The notes under the pieces: generated by a model
What the model was told of the DNA's origin: nothing
Databases searched by the model: none
What the model saw: the letters and a program-made list of their open reading frames with translations, nothing else
NCBI GenBank assembly: GCA_021737325.1
Contig: JAIPED010000001.1
Coordinates: 206-64,205 of the forward strand
From: Deltaproteobacteria bacterium
GTDB taxonomy: Bacteria > Desulfobacterota > Syntrophia > Syntrophales > JAIPED01
Reading direction: 5' to 3'
Length of the DNA: 64,000 nt
Position numbers and translations under genes: made by a program
Shown here: one piece after another, positions 1 to 8,918 of the stretch
Layout: each line of letters begins with the position of its first letter
Position numbering within the stretch: position 1 is the stretch's first letter

Positions 1-105
1 TTAGTAGTTTTCCCATCACTATGCTCCTTGGTCATTTTATTTTTCCCCCAACGCCACCTTGGCGGGACGCTGGGGATACTTTAAAAAAAGTGCGCAGTTT
101 TTTGG

Positions 106-339
106 TTAGGTACCCTCAGAAACGGGAGCAATCTGCGTAAACCGAATGTTCTGTTGCACCTCCGCAAGTATCTGTAGCGCTTCTGCCTCAAAGCCGGTCA
201 TGATCTCCACCCGCATTATCCCTTCCTGCGGGTTGATGGTGGTAACGCTAAAAATGCCCTCATAGCCCTCCAGCAGGTGTTGGAAAAGGACGATATCGCG
301 GCGGGGAACACCCCTTATCAAGAAACCCTTAACGCTCAT
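106..339 (-). CDS. DUF4911-like small protein
   Basis: ORF-track 106..375. The core RRDIVLFQHLLEGYEGIFSVTTINPQEGIMRVEI resembles my memory of the DUF4911 family. The start is ambiguous (GTG 375, ATG 354, ATG 339); 339 was chosen to minimise overlap with the upstream gene ending at 329. Confidence 0.5.
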   Translation of the reverse strand: MSVKGFLIRGVPRRDIVLFQHLLEGYEGIFSVTTINPQEGIMRVEIMTGFEAEALQILAEVQQNIRFTQIAPVSEGT

Positions 340-1111
340 CGGCGCTATCGCCATTCGCCAAATTAACCAACTCACTATCGGACATCACCCGATAAACGGC
401 TATATCTAACATCTTCGCCCGATAAAAACGCCACTGGTACAAGCCGCGCAAGCGTGATTGCTGTCGGGGCGTTAAATCGGCAAAACCCGCCAGTCTGGTG
501 TAGCCATCCTTATCAAAGATCCGTGGCGACCATTTAATCTGCGCAACGCTGTTAAACGACTTCCGGGCGGCATCGGTTACCCCTGCTTCTTCCATCTTGC
601 GCGTAAATTCCCGATGAATAGCGAACAGGTGGAAAACATCGTGTCCCGCATATTCAATTTGTTCGGCAGAAAGGGGGCGCTTATCCCAGCGGGAACGCTG
701 TAGCGATTTATTCTTAACAAACTTTATCCCCAGAACCTCTTCAATAACGCGGGCAAGGGAAAGGTCGCTGTAGCCAAGCAGCGTCGCGCCGCGTTGGGTA
801 TCGAAGATGCTGTTAAAGGTAAATCCGTAATCTCGCTTGAGTAGGCGGATATCGTTTTCCGCCGCGTGGAAAATTTTTGTCTGCCAATCGCTGGCAAACA
901 TCTCGCCAAGGGACACAAGCGGAATCGTTCCCAACGGATCGAAGATGTACACCTTGGTCTCGGTGGCAATTTGCACCAAACAGAGCTTCTCGCGAAAATA
1001 CCTCATGGAATCGTATTCCGTATCAATACCCAACACCGAGGAGCTGGCAATATCCTTAAGCGCCTTTTGCATTTTTTGCGGGGCATCAACAAAAACAAGC
1101 CTATTTACCAT
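329..1111 (-). CDS. 3'-5' exonuclease, ribonuclease D-like (DEDD family)
   Basis: Exo motifs LGIDTEYDS, HAAENDIRLL and YAGHDVFHL in ORF 329..1153. Start moved to ATG 1111 (MVNRLVFVD), giving a 7-nt overlap with the upstream gene. Confidence 0.8.
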   Translation of the reverse strand: MVNRLVFVDAPQKMQKALKDIASSSVLGIDTEYDSMRYFREKLCLVQIATETKVYIFDPLGTIPLVSLGEMFASDWQTKIFHAAENDIRLLKRDYGFTFNSIFDTQRGATLLGYSDLSLARVIEEVLGIKFVKNKSLQRSRWDKRPLSAEQIEYAGHDVFHLFAIHREFTRKMEEAGVTDAARKSFNSVAQIKWSPRIFDKDGYTRLAGFADLTPRQQSRLRGLYQWRFYRAKMLDIAVYRVMSDSELVNLANGDSADER

Positions 1112-1842
1112 AGCGTTACCACCAAAATCCCTATCGCCAGCGCCGCCCAGCAATAATCCCGAGTACGCAACTGCGGCTCACACAGGCGGCTCCTTTTCCC
1201 TTCGAGACAATAGCCGCGAGCCACCAACCCCTCGGCAATACCCTCGGCGCGGGTAATGCTACCGCCAATCAGCGCACCTGCCATCATTCTGGCTTGTTTC
1301 ATTCTTTGGGTAAATCTAACGCTAGGCAATCGCGCCCCCCTTGCATGCTGCGCCTCCGCAATCTGGCTCATTTCTTCCAGCAAAAGCGGCAAAAAACGGA
1401 TTGCCAACGCCAGCGTCTGCGCCAAAGCGTTTACGGGCAGGCGCAGGATTTGTAGAGGAGAGAGTAAAAATTCTAGCGCCGTTGTTATCTCCAAGGGGGA
1501 AGAAGTGCGGATGAACACCGTACTGAGCAACAACAGCAGGGAAAAACGGCAAACAAGCAGAAGCCCCACCAACACTCCCCCCTCCCGGTCAACAAGCGCA
1601 TGCAGAGCGACGATGAGGATGAAGATGGGCAAGGCGGGCTTTAGCGATAACCAAACCTCGCGGTAGTCCAGCCCCGCAACCAATAGCGCGGCAAAAACCA
1701 GTAGCGCAAGAGTGCCTAGCAACGCTCCTCCCGCGGAGAATACCGCCGCGCTAAAAGCAATTATCAGTAAAATTTTAACCCGCGTATCAATACGATGAAG
1801 CGGGGTTTTCTTGGCGCTGTACCTTCTGGTAGCAATTTCCAC
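1105..1842 (-). CDS. ecfT: ECF transporter T component (EcfT/CbiQ family)
   Basis: 245-aa polytopic membrane protein with an Ala-Arg-Gly coupling motif (AQHARGARL). It lies directly downstream of an ECF-type ATPase. Confidence 0.75.
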   Translation of the reverse strand: MEIATRRYSAKKTPLHRIDTRVKILLIIAFSAAVFSAGGALLGTLALLVFAALLVAGLDYREVWLSLKPALPIFILIVALHALVDREGGVLVGLLLVCRFSLLLLLSTVFIRTSSPLEITTALEFLLSPLQILRLPVNALAQTLALAIRFLPLLLEEMSQIAEAQHARGARLPSVRFTQRMKQARMMAGALIGGSITRAEGIAEGLVARGYCLEGKRSRLCEPQLRTRDYCWAALAIGILVVTLW

Positions 1843-2666
1843 TAGGCGGTGCTCCTTTGCAGGAGGTTCAGGAGCTGCGTATAAGCCGCTTCTGTAGTTG
1901 CCGCACCGCTATCAATGTTAAAACCTTGCTCTTTTAACCTGCCCAACAGCTCGGCAATGGGGGGAATTTTTATCCCCGCCTCTTGCAGCAAGTCCTTCTT
2001 GCTAAAAACTTCCTGGGGTGTGCCGCTACATAAAATTTTACCCGCTCCCATGATGGCGATATTATCGGCAGATAGCGCGTCTTCCAGGCAATGGGTGATA
2101 TGGATAACGGTTATTCCCGTTGCGAGCAATTCGGTTATGACGCGCCGCAACGCCTGCGCCGCCCGATAATCAAGAAAAGCGGTGGGTTCATCCATGGCAA
2201 TAACTTCTGGTTCCATCGCCAAGATCCCCGCAATTGCCACCAGCCGTTTTTCTCCGCCCGAAAGGGTGTGGGTTTCGCGCTCACGCAGGTGGGTAATACC
2301 CAGCTTTTCCAGCGATTGGTCTATCCGCTGGCGGATTTGCGGCGGGGGTAAAGCAAGGTTTTCCGGCCCAAAGGCGATATCCTCCTCAACGGTGGCGCCG
2401 ATGATCTGTATTTCGGGGTTTTGAAAGATAATTCCCACCTGCTGACAAACGGCAGAATTGACGGAATTATGCCCCTCCCCGATGACAACTTCCCCCAGGG
2501 TGGGCTTTAACAATCCGTTTAAGTGCTTTAGAAGGGTAGTTTTGCCCGAACCGTTCGCCCCACAGATGCAGGCGTATTGGCCGCGTTTAACCTCCCAGGA
2601 GATACCATCAAGAGCGTTGTTGGTGGCATGAGGAAATCGGTAATAAACATTCCTTAATGAAATCAT
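1842..2666 (-). CDS. ECF/ABC transporter ATP-binding protein (EcfA/CbiO-like)
   Basis: Walker A GANGSGKTT, signature LSGGEKR, Walker B VIAMDEP. Overlaps ecfT by 1 nt. Confidence 0.85.
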   Translation of the reverse strand: MISLRNVYYRFPHATNNALDGISWEVKRGQYACICGANGSGKTTLLKHLNGLLKPTLGEVVIGEGHNSVNSAVCQQVGIIFQNPEIQIIGATVEEDIAFGPENLALPPPQIRQRIDQSLEKLGITHLRERETHTLSGGEKRLVAIAGILAMEPEVIAMDEPTAFLDYRAAQALRRVITELLATGITVIHITHCLEDALSADNIAIMGAGKILCSGTPQEVFSKKDLLQEAGIKIPPIAELLGRLKEQGFNIDSGAATTEAAYTQLLNLLQRSTA

Positions 2667-2684
2667 GACGCTGGCGTTATGTTA

Positions 2685-3374
2685 TCAAAGCCCCTGTTGG
2701 CAAGGACTTTGTGCCCCGTTTCCTTGACGACCGCTTTTCTGCGAGAAAAAAAGAGAGGCAATGGCAGAGGCCATTAGCGCATAGCCCGCGCTGGTGGGAT
2801 GTACACCATCGGCTTGTACCAGCTCCGTTTGCGCAAAGCCCTGCGCCACCTGCAACTCCCAATAACGATGCACTGCGGCAAAAGGCAGTGAGCGGCGCTG
2901 CGCCAGATTTTCTATTCCCGCATAGAATGTTTCTATCATGGCACCGTATTCCGTAGCTCCAAGGTAACAAGAGGTTACCAAAACAACCTCCGCTTCGCTC
3001 GTAGCGGTAATACCATCCACAATCCGCTCTAACGAAACGGCAAACTGCGCGGGGGAATAGCCATCAAAGGCATCGTTAAGCCCGAATTGAACCAACACAC
3101 AGGCGGGTTGATAAGCTAAAACAGCGCTTTGCAGTCGCAGGAAGCCATCGCGGGCGGTATCACCAGGAACACCCGCGTTTATCAATTTAATAATCGCCTG
3201 CGGGTAGGCGCAGGTTAAATGTTCGCGCAAAAATTGGAGGTATCCCTTATTCACCCTCCAGCCATGGGTGAGCGAATCGCCCAGAGCGACGATTACCGTC
3301 TCCTCACCAGCCGCCAGTTTTTTGATCGTTCTTTCTGGAAGCATCGTTGCTGCATTCACGCTACTCTCCTCCAC
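2685..3374 (-). CDS. SGNH/GDSL-family hydrolase
   Basis: Block I VALGDSLTHGW, block III GLNDA and C-terminal DGVHPT are typical SGNH blocks. Confidence 0.8.
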   Translation of the reverse strand: MEESSVNAATMLPERTIKKLAAGEETVIVALGDSLTHGWRVNKGYLQFLREHLTCAYPQAIIKLINAGVPGDTARDGFLRLQSAVLAYQPACVLVQFGLNDAFDGYSPAQFAVSLERIVDGITATSEAEVVLVTSCYLGATEYGAMIETFYAGIENLAQRRSLPFAAVHRYWELQVAQGFAQTELVQADGVHPTSAGYALMASAIASLFFSQKSGRQGNGAQSPCQQGL

Positions 3375-3486
3375 CTATGGAGTTATCCCAGAGATCTTTC
3401 GCCACCACCAATGGCACTGCTTACTTCCCTTGAGCAATTTTTGCCCATATGCATAGCCGCCACCGTACTATTCGCGTTGGCAAGTA

Positions 3487-4983
3487 CTAGCGGCGGCGGG
3501 TTTGGTTACGCACCGCCATGATAAACTGGTAGATGATAAAGGCGGTAATTAGACGGCAAAACGACCACCAGAAAAAGATTATCTTTCCTTGCTCGTAAAT
3601 AATGCGCGGGTCGGTTAGCGGGTTAAGGAAAAGTAAAAGTTTCTCCCAACTCCAGTACTGATAAAGCGGCGGTGGCGGGAAAAATCCCAGTTGAGAGACC
3701 CCTTCCATTACCAGAAAAACGAGAACCACGGCACAATAAACACCCAATGCCCGTAACCAGCTTTGCGAGAAATTGGAAACCGCCTTGTTGATGGTAAAAA
3801 CCACCTCGTCCTGACTGATCCCCTGCTCCTTCTTGAGCTCCTTTTCATATTCGCGCATCTCAAGGGCGTAAAACATGTTGGCGGCGATGACATTTCCTTG
3901 CTGTTCGTTGGCAAACTTAAGTTGGCGAAAGGTATCGCGGTCGCAGATAAAACGCTCTTCCATCCCCTGCGTGCGCCCCCAATCGACGCCGTCAAAAAGG
4001 CAGGCACTGAGGCGGGAGTTGGTAATTTCGATTTGACAATCACGCAGACGAACACGGTTGAACTCCGCTTTTTCGAGGTTGATATTCCCTATGGTAAGTT
4101 TGTCAGCGACCGTCAAATTAACCAACCGCAGGGTTCCGCCTTCGTTGATCATAGGTTTAATAGCTAATTCCTTGGCCCTACCACCAATTGTCAGACGGCT
4201 TGCTTTTTTTAGGTAAACTGAGGAAAAATCCGCCTTGCGGGAAAACTCTGCCTCCTCAAAATACGCCTCGCGGGAAAATTGTGCCACCCGAAAATCTGTG
4301 AAACTGTAAAATTTAGCTAGATTAAAATTTGCACAACTGGCATGAACAGAAAATTTGGTGGAGACAAAGTCAGCAACACCGAAAAAATATGCTGAATAAA
4401 AATTCGCATTGCCCATAAATTGTGCTCCTTGAAAATTAGCATTGACGGGAGAATCTGTTATCCCAAAATGTACTCTCCCAAGGTATGCTTCATCAAAAAA
4501 AATAGCATGTTGAAAGTTTGCCTCACTAAAAAACTGCGCACTACCGAAGTCTGTTTTATCAAGAAATTGCACAGCAGAAAAATTTGCCCCACGATGGAAT
4601 AGTACCCAACTAAAACAAACCATGCCGTGAAATTGCGCGTTGAAGAAAGAAACGGGCTTAGAAAAACATTTATCGTAAAGTCCGAAGTTCTTGTTCGCGT
4701 CCGTAACTGGAGGAAAAATGAAACGAGAAAAATCGTAGTCTTCTACGACATCCGTCTCCACTATTATTTCTTCGCGGAGGCGCTGCCAGAAGCGACCGAC
4801 CTTCTGCCATGATTTATCCCAGTTGCGGGTCTCACTTCCTTCAGGGGTTGTAACAGCTTCATACCAGTCATCCTTTGCCCGATGAAACAGGCAAAGGCGA
4901 TTCGCCAGATCGTCGTAGTTTTGAACGGTGGCGGTATCGAGTTTTAGTGCTCTGTGGCATATTGTACATCGCGCCTCTGCCAT
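3487..4983 (-). CDS. pentapeptide-repeat protein with N-terminal CxxC...CxxH element and C-terminal transmembrane region
   Basis: Long run of A(N/D)F-type pentapeptides (ANFSAVQFLDKTDFGSAQFFSEANFQHAIFF...). N-terminus has CTIC-x21-CLFH. The C-terminal ~90 aa are hydrophobic (ALGVYCAVVLVFLVM..., IIFFWWSFCRLITAFIIYQFIM). Confidence 0.8.
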   Translation of the reverse strand: MAEARCTICHRALKLDTATVQNYDDLANRLCLFHRAKDDWYEAVTTPEGSETRNWDKSWQKVGRFWQRLREEIIVETDVVEDYDFSRFIFPPVTDANKNFGLYDKCFSKPVSFFNAQFHGMVCFSWVLFHRGANFSAVQFLDKTDFGSAQFFSEANFQHAIFFDEAYLGRVHFGITDSPVNANFQGAQFMGNANFYSAYFFGVADFVSTKFSVHASCANFNLAKFYSFTDFRVAQFSREAYFEEAEFSRKADFSSVYLKKASRLTIGGRAKELAIKPMINEGGTLRLVNLTVADKLTIGNINLEKAEFNRVRLRDCQIEITNSRLSACLFDGVDWGRTQGMEERFICDRDTFRQLKFANEQQGNVIAANMFYALEMREYEKELKKEQGISQDEVVFTINKAVSNFSQSWLRALGVYCAVVLVFLVMEGVSQLGFFPPPPLYQYWSWEKLLLFLNPLTDPRIIYEQGKIIFFWWSFCRLITAFIIYQFIMAVRNQTRRR

Positions 4984-5048
4984 TCACTTAGTCCTCCCTG
5001 TCTGTTTCTACCCATGGCGTGTTACCCGCAGGAAGCTGAACCGCCCAA

Positions 5049-5240
5049 TCAATCCTCCCTTAGGCTCTTGCGCAACAAACTGGAAATGGGATCAAAAAGA
5101 TACTGCAAAAATGTTCTGCTACCAGCATCGGCATATACCTGCACGGGCATACCAGGCACTATTTCGCGGCCTTGGAGCTTTGCTAACTCTTCCCCCGCCA
5201 CGGTAACTCGCACCAGATAATAGGGCTCTCCATTTTTCAC
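5049..5240 (-). pseudogene. 3' remnant of a HlyD-family (type I secretion membrane-fusion) gene
   Basis: The 63-aa ORF ...LVRVTVAGEELAKLQGREIVPGMPVQVYADAGSRTFLQYLFDPISSLLRKSLRED matches only the conserved C-terminal end of HlyD-family adaptors as I remember them (PGMP..V.I.TG.RT.L.YL..P). No upstream coding continuation exists. Confidence 0.6.
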
Positions 5241-5363
5241 AACCCCAAAATCATCTAACCGTTACTAAAAATTATCACACACTGAACATACTTTCCGAGA
5301 TGAAAGCATATTTTTGAATAGGTTATGCCTTATTCCATTATGGGATAAAGCACCCCAGCCGCG

Positions 5364-5712
5364 AAGTGTCATCGGCGGTGCGATTTCAACCGCCGTGTGC
5401 CATTTTCACCGCCCTGCGTCATTGCCGCGTACCGTTGGTGGTGTGCCTTTGGCGAAGCATCATTTCGAACACCGTTTGTTCTCATTTCGACCACCCCCTT
5501 CTGTCATTTCGACCGTAGGGAGCAATCTTAAGGCTATCAAGCCAACCTAAGAACAAGATTTCTCGCTCGTTACACTCGCTCGAAATGACAAAGGTGCGTT
5601 TCTCTGACTCGAAATGACATAGCTTTTCCCAAAATGCCCAGGGGTTATTGGTGCACATCACTTTTATGCGGTGCGCCATTGGGGAAGTGTCATTTACACC
5701 GCCCTGTGCCAT
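5364..5712. repeat. cluster of degenerate ~20-nt GTCATT(T/C)...-type mini-repeats in both orientations
   Basis: Forward copies: gtgtcatcggcggtgc, cattttcaccgccctgcg, tcatttcgaacaccg, tcatttcgaccacccc, gtcatttcgaccgtaggg. Reverse copies: tcgaaatgacaaagg, tcgaaatgacatagc. A further gtgtcatttacaccgccctgtgcc lies at 5687. Confidence 0.7.
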
Positions 5713-5726
5713 AAAAATAACCCATC

Positions 5727-5752
5727 CCTGTAGGCGGTTAGCCGCCTACAGG
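5727..5752. repeat. perfect 11-bp stem hairpin (REP-like)
   Basis: cctgtaggcgg-ttag-ccgcctacagg. Confidence 0.8.
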
Positions 5753-6014
5753 CCTGCCTCATACAAGATTCAGAGAGCAGGAATGCTCCCTTTGTATGAT
5801 TGGATATTGCGCCCTACTTCTTGCCACTCTAAATAACCGAAGAGAAAAATTGCTCTTGCTGAAAGTTTCGCTTCGCATCCGCCCCGCAAAATGACAAGAG
5901 GGGCATCCCCCACCAAGGAGGTACGCCATAATCACCTTGACGAAAACGGGAAACATTGCGTAGCCACTGCCCTCCCACAGGGTTAGCCAACCACTAAAAG
6001 GAGAAAACCATCCC

Positions 6015-6758
6015 ATGTTGGAAGTTAAAGACCTGCGTTATGCCGTAAACAACAACGGGGCCAGCCAGGAGATCATTCCCGCAATGTCCTACCGTTTCCA
6101 GAAGGGGCGGTTTTATGCCATCACGGGCCCCAATGGTAGCGGCAAAACAACGCTCGCCAAGCTGATTATGGGTATCTATGCTGCCACGGCGGGGAAAATT
6201 ATTCTTGATGGGGTGGATATTACCGCCAAGCCCGTCAACGAGCGCGCCCAAGCGGGTATTGCGTATAGCTTTCAACACCCCGCTCGCTTTAAGGGTATTA
6301 CCTTCCGCGAGTTGATCTCCATTGCCGCCAACACCGATGATGCGACGGAAATCCTCCGCCTGATGAAGCGCGTGGGCATCTGCTCACTTTCGCATCTGGA
6401 TATCCCCGTGGATGGCAAGCTTTCTGGCGGTGAGATTAAAAAAATTGAACTGGCAACAACCATCGCCCGCAACCCCAAGGTCGCGATCTACGACGAACCC
6501 GATACTGGGATTGACCTCTGGACGATTGAGCCGATGGTGAAGCTTATCAAAAATGAGCAGGTAAACCATGGCACAACCACCATTGTCGTGAGCCATAACA
6601 AGGCATTTTTAGAGGCGGCCGATACCGTACTGATCCTGCGCGGCGGTCAGTTTTTCTTTGACGGAACCTTCGCGGAGGCGCTTCCTCATCTTAATAACAT
6701 CAGTGTTTGTGATTACAGAACTTGTGGAGATAAAACCTACGATGAATGCTTTCGATAA
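6015..6758 (+). CDS. sufC: SufC-like Fe-S cluster assembly ATPase
   Basis: Walker A GPNGSGKTT, signature LSGGEIKK, Walker B IYDEPDTGIDL. Overlaps a downstream SufB/D-family gene. Confidence 0.8.
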   Translation: MLEVKDLRYAVNNNGASQEIIPAMSYRFQKGRFYAITGPNGSGKTTLAKLIMGIYAATAGKIILDGVDITAKPVNERAQAGIAYSFQHPARFKGITFRELISIAANTDDATEILRLMKRVGICSLSHLDIPVDGKLSGGEIKKIELATTIARNPKVAIYDEPDTGIDLWTIEPMVKLIKNEQVNHGTTTIVVSHNKAFLEAADTVLILRGGQFFFDGTFAEALPHLNNISVCDYRTCGDKTYDECFR

Positions 6759-7668
6759 ACTGGATAAAGAGCTACTTAGGGCCGTTGCGGATTTGGAGGG
6801 TATTCCCAAGGGAGCCTTCAACATCCGTAAAAATGGCGCCCTGCTGGCGCGGGAATGCAACGCCAATATCGAAATTGAGAACAACGCTAAGGGCACAGGG
6901 ATTATCATTCGCATCAAGGCCAACACCCGCAACGAATCGGTACATATCCCCGTGATCCTTTCGCAAGCGGGGCTCTACGATGTTGTCGAAAACGATTTCA
7001 TTATTGGGGAAAACTGCGATGTGGCAATTATTGCAGGCTGTGGAATCCACTGCGGCTCCGACCAGCAAGAAGGACATGCGGGAATTCATTCCTTCCATCT
7101 CGCCCGCAACGCGAGGGTGCGCTATGTGGAAAAGCATATCGCCATTGGCGATGGCTCTGGGAAACGCGCCTTGAACCCCACGACCAAAGTGCAACTGGAC
7201 AGCGGGGCACATTTGGAAATGGAACTCACCCAGCTCGGCGGGGTTGACGAAGCCCTGCGCGTCAATGAAGTGGTTGTTGATGAAGGCGCGTCGCTACAAA
7301 TAATTGAAAAGGTCATGACCGCAAAAAGACAAACGGCAACCTCCCAAACGAGCATTTTGCTACGCGGAAAAGGCGCTCGCTCCAACATGATTTCCCGTTC
7401 GGTTATCAGGGACGATTCCCGGCAGGTGTTATACGCCGTGATGGAAGCAATGGCCCCTTGCTTCGGACATATTGAATGCGATGCCATCATCATGGACCGT
7501 GGCACCAACGAAACCGTTCCCTCATTAAAAGCCCTGCACCCCGATGCGGAACTCACCCATGAGGCATCTATCGGCAAGATCGCCGATGAGCAACTGATGA
7601 AACTCATGAGCCTTGGCCTTTCCTACGATGAGGCGGTAAACAGGATTATTCAGAGCTTCCTGAAGTAG
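6742..7668 (+). CDS. SufB/SufD-family Fe-S assembly scaffold protein
   Basis: 308 aa starting from ATG 6742, with a GGAGA RBS 11 nt upstream. C-terminal ...THEASIGKIADEQLMKLMSLGLSYDEAVNRII is typical of SufB/D. ORF-track start 6658 rejected. Confidence 0.75.
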   Translation: MNAFDKLDKELLRAVADLEGIPKGAFNIRKNGALLARECNANIEIENNAKGTGIIIRIKANTRNESVHIPVILSQAGLYDVVENDFIIGENCDVAIIAGCGIHCGSDQQEGHAGIHSFHLARNARVRYVEKHIAIGDGSGKRALNPTTKVQLDSGAHLEMELTQLGGVDEALRVNEVVVDEGASLQIIEKVMTAKRQTATSQTSILLRGKGARSNMISRSVIRDDSRQVLYAVMEAMAPCFGHIECDAIIMDRGTNETVPSLKALHPDAELTHEASIGKIADEQLMKLMSLGLSYDEAVNRIIQSFLK

Positions 7669-7731
7669 ATTTCCCTTTTGTTACCTCTTCCCTCCGAGGT
7701 GGGGGGAGGTACTGTATGAGAAGATTCTCTT

Positions 7732-8445
7732 ATGGTTGAAACTATCAACTCCTTGTTTCTTGATTCTTTGGAAAGCTCTCGCTTGCTGGCTTATCTTTTC
7801 GCCTACGCTAGCGGCTTAATTGCCTCCTTCACCGCATGTGCCTATTCGCTACTGCCCGTAACCATTGCCATTATTGGTGCGAATAGCGCACAAACCCGCC
7901 AACGGGGCCTGTTGCTTTCCCTTGCCTATACCCTAGGATTGGCGGTGATGTACACCGCGCTAGGTGCCCTGGCGGTTTTGGCAGGGGTGTTTTTCGGTAG
8001 CATACAGACAAACCCCTTGGTTAATTTTGCCGTGGGCGGGCTTTTTGTCACCATGGGGCTTTCGCTGTTTGGTCTTTTTCCTCTTCCCCTTTTTACTCCG
8101 AGCTTTGTCGGTTCCGTGCGTCAACAGCGCAATAAGAGTCTTCTTGGCGTTTTTCTTCTGGGAATTGTCTCTGCGCTGGTGAGTAGCCCCTGCTCTAGCC
8201 CCATACTCATCGCGCTCTTGGGCTATTCGGCAAGTAGCGGTAATGTCTTTTTCGGCATGAGCTTACTCTTTTGCTTTGCCCTGGGAATGGGAACACTGCT
8301 TATTCTGGCGGGGACCTCGGCGGGGTTATTGACAAACCTGCCCAAGGCAGGAGCGTGGATGGAGAAAATTAATAAAATGGCGGGGGCAATTTTAATTATG
8401 GTCGGTGGTTATTTTTTGGTTAACGCCATTATCCTCTGGAGATAA
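7732..8445 (+). CDS. ccdA: cytochrome c biogenesis/thiol-disulfide transporter CcdA (DsbD-family)
   Basis: 237-aa polytopic protein with conserved Cys in TM1 (FTACAYSLLP) and TM4 (SSPCSSP). Confidence 0.8.
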   Translation: MVETINSLFLDSLESSRLLAYLFAYASGLIASFTACAYSLLPVTIAIIGANSAQTRQRGLLLSLAYTLGLAVMYTALGALAVLAGVFFGSIQTNPLVNFAVGGLFVTMGLSLFGLFPLPLFTPSFVGSVRQQRNKSLLGVFLLGIVSALVSSPCSSPILIALLGYSASSGNVFFGMSLLFCFALGMGTLLILAGTSAGLLTNLPKAGAWMEKINKMAGAILIMVGGYFLVNAIILWR

Positions 8446-8447
8446 CA

Positions 8448-8918
8448 ATGAAAACAAAATCAGTTGCAATCTTAATACTCGCTAGCGTTTTGGTCATGGC
8501 AATACTCTGCCCGCTGTCTGCCGCCAATAACCCCTCCCATTTTTTGCTTAAAGATATGCGGGGGGAAGCGTACGATTCGCGCCGAGTATTGGGGAAAAAG
8601 CCGCTTTTAATAGTATTTTCTACGACTTGGTGCCCCTCTTGCAATAAGCTTCTCCCCGAGTTTCGGCGCATCCATCGGCAATATACGCCCAAGGGATTGG
8701 AGATGATCTCCATTAACATTGGCGAATCAAACAAAAAGGTTGCGGCTTGGCTCTTCAAAAATCAGGTTCCCTACCGTGTACTGGTGGATGAAACAGGCGC
8801 GGTCGGAACAGCGTATCAGGTTATGGGAGTGCCAAGCATGGTGCTCATCAATAAAGAGGGCAAGGTGGTTTGTAACCCCTGCACTTCTTTGAAGCCAATC
8901 GATGATTTACTGAAGTGA
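8448..8918 (+). CDS. TlpA/ResA-family periplasmic thiol:disulfide oxidoreductase
   Basis: Signal peptide plus the thioredoxin motif WCPSC. Adjacent to ccdA. Confidence 0.8.
   Translation: MKTKSVAILILASVLVMAILCPLSAANNPSHFLLKDMRGEAYDSRRVLGKKPLLIVFSTTWCPSCNKLLPEFRRIHRQYTPKGLEMISINIGESNKKVAAWLFKNQVPYRVLVDETGAVGTAYQVMGVPSMVLINKEGKVVCNPCTSLKPIDDLLK

Noticed and set aside
1-35. Minus-strand ATG at 35 (MTKEHSDGKTT...) running off the left edge
   Set aside because: Only 11 codons are visible, so the gene cannot be identified or supported.
5364-5625. Tandem ~20-nt repeats considered as a CRISPR array
   Set aside because: The repeats are degenerate, contiguous without unique spacers, occur in both orientations, and have no cas genes nearby.
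5314-5836. Small ORFs 5314..5550, 5482..5712 and 5648..5836
   Set aside because: They are translations of the mini-repeat cluster, overlap each other on both strands, and lack RBSs.
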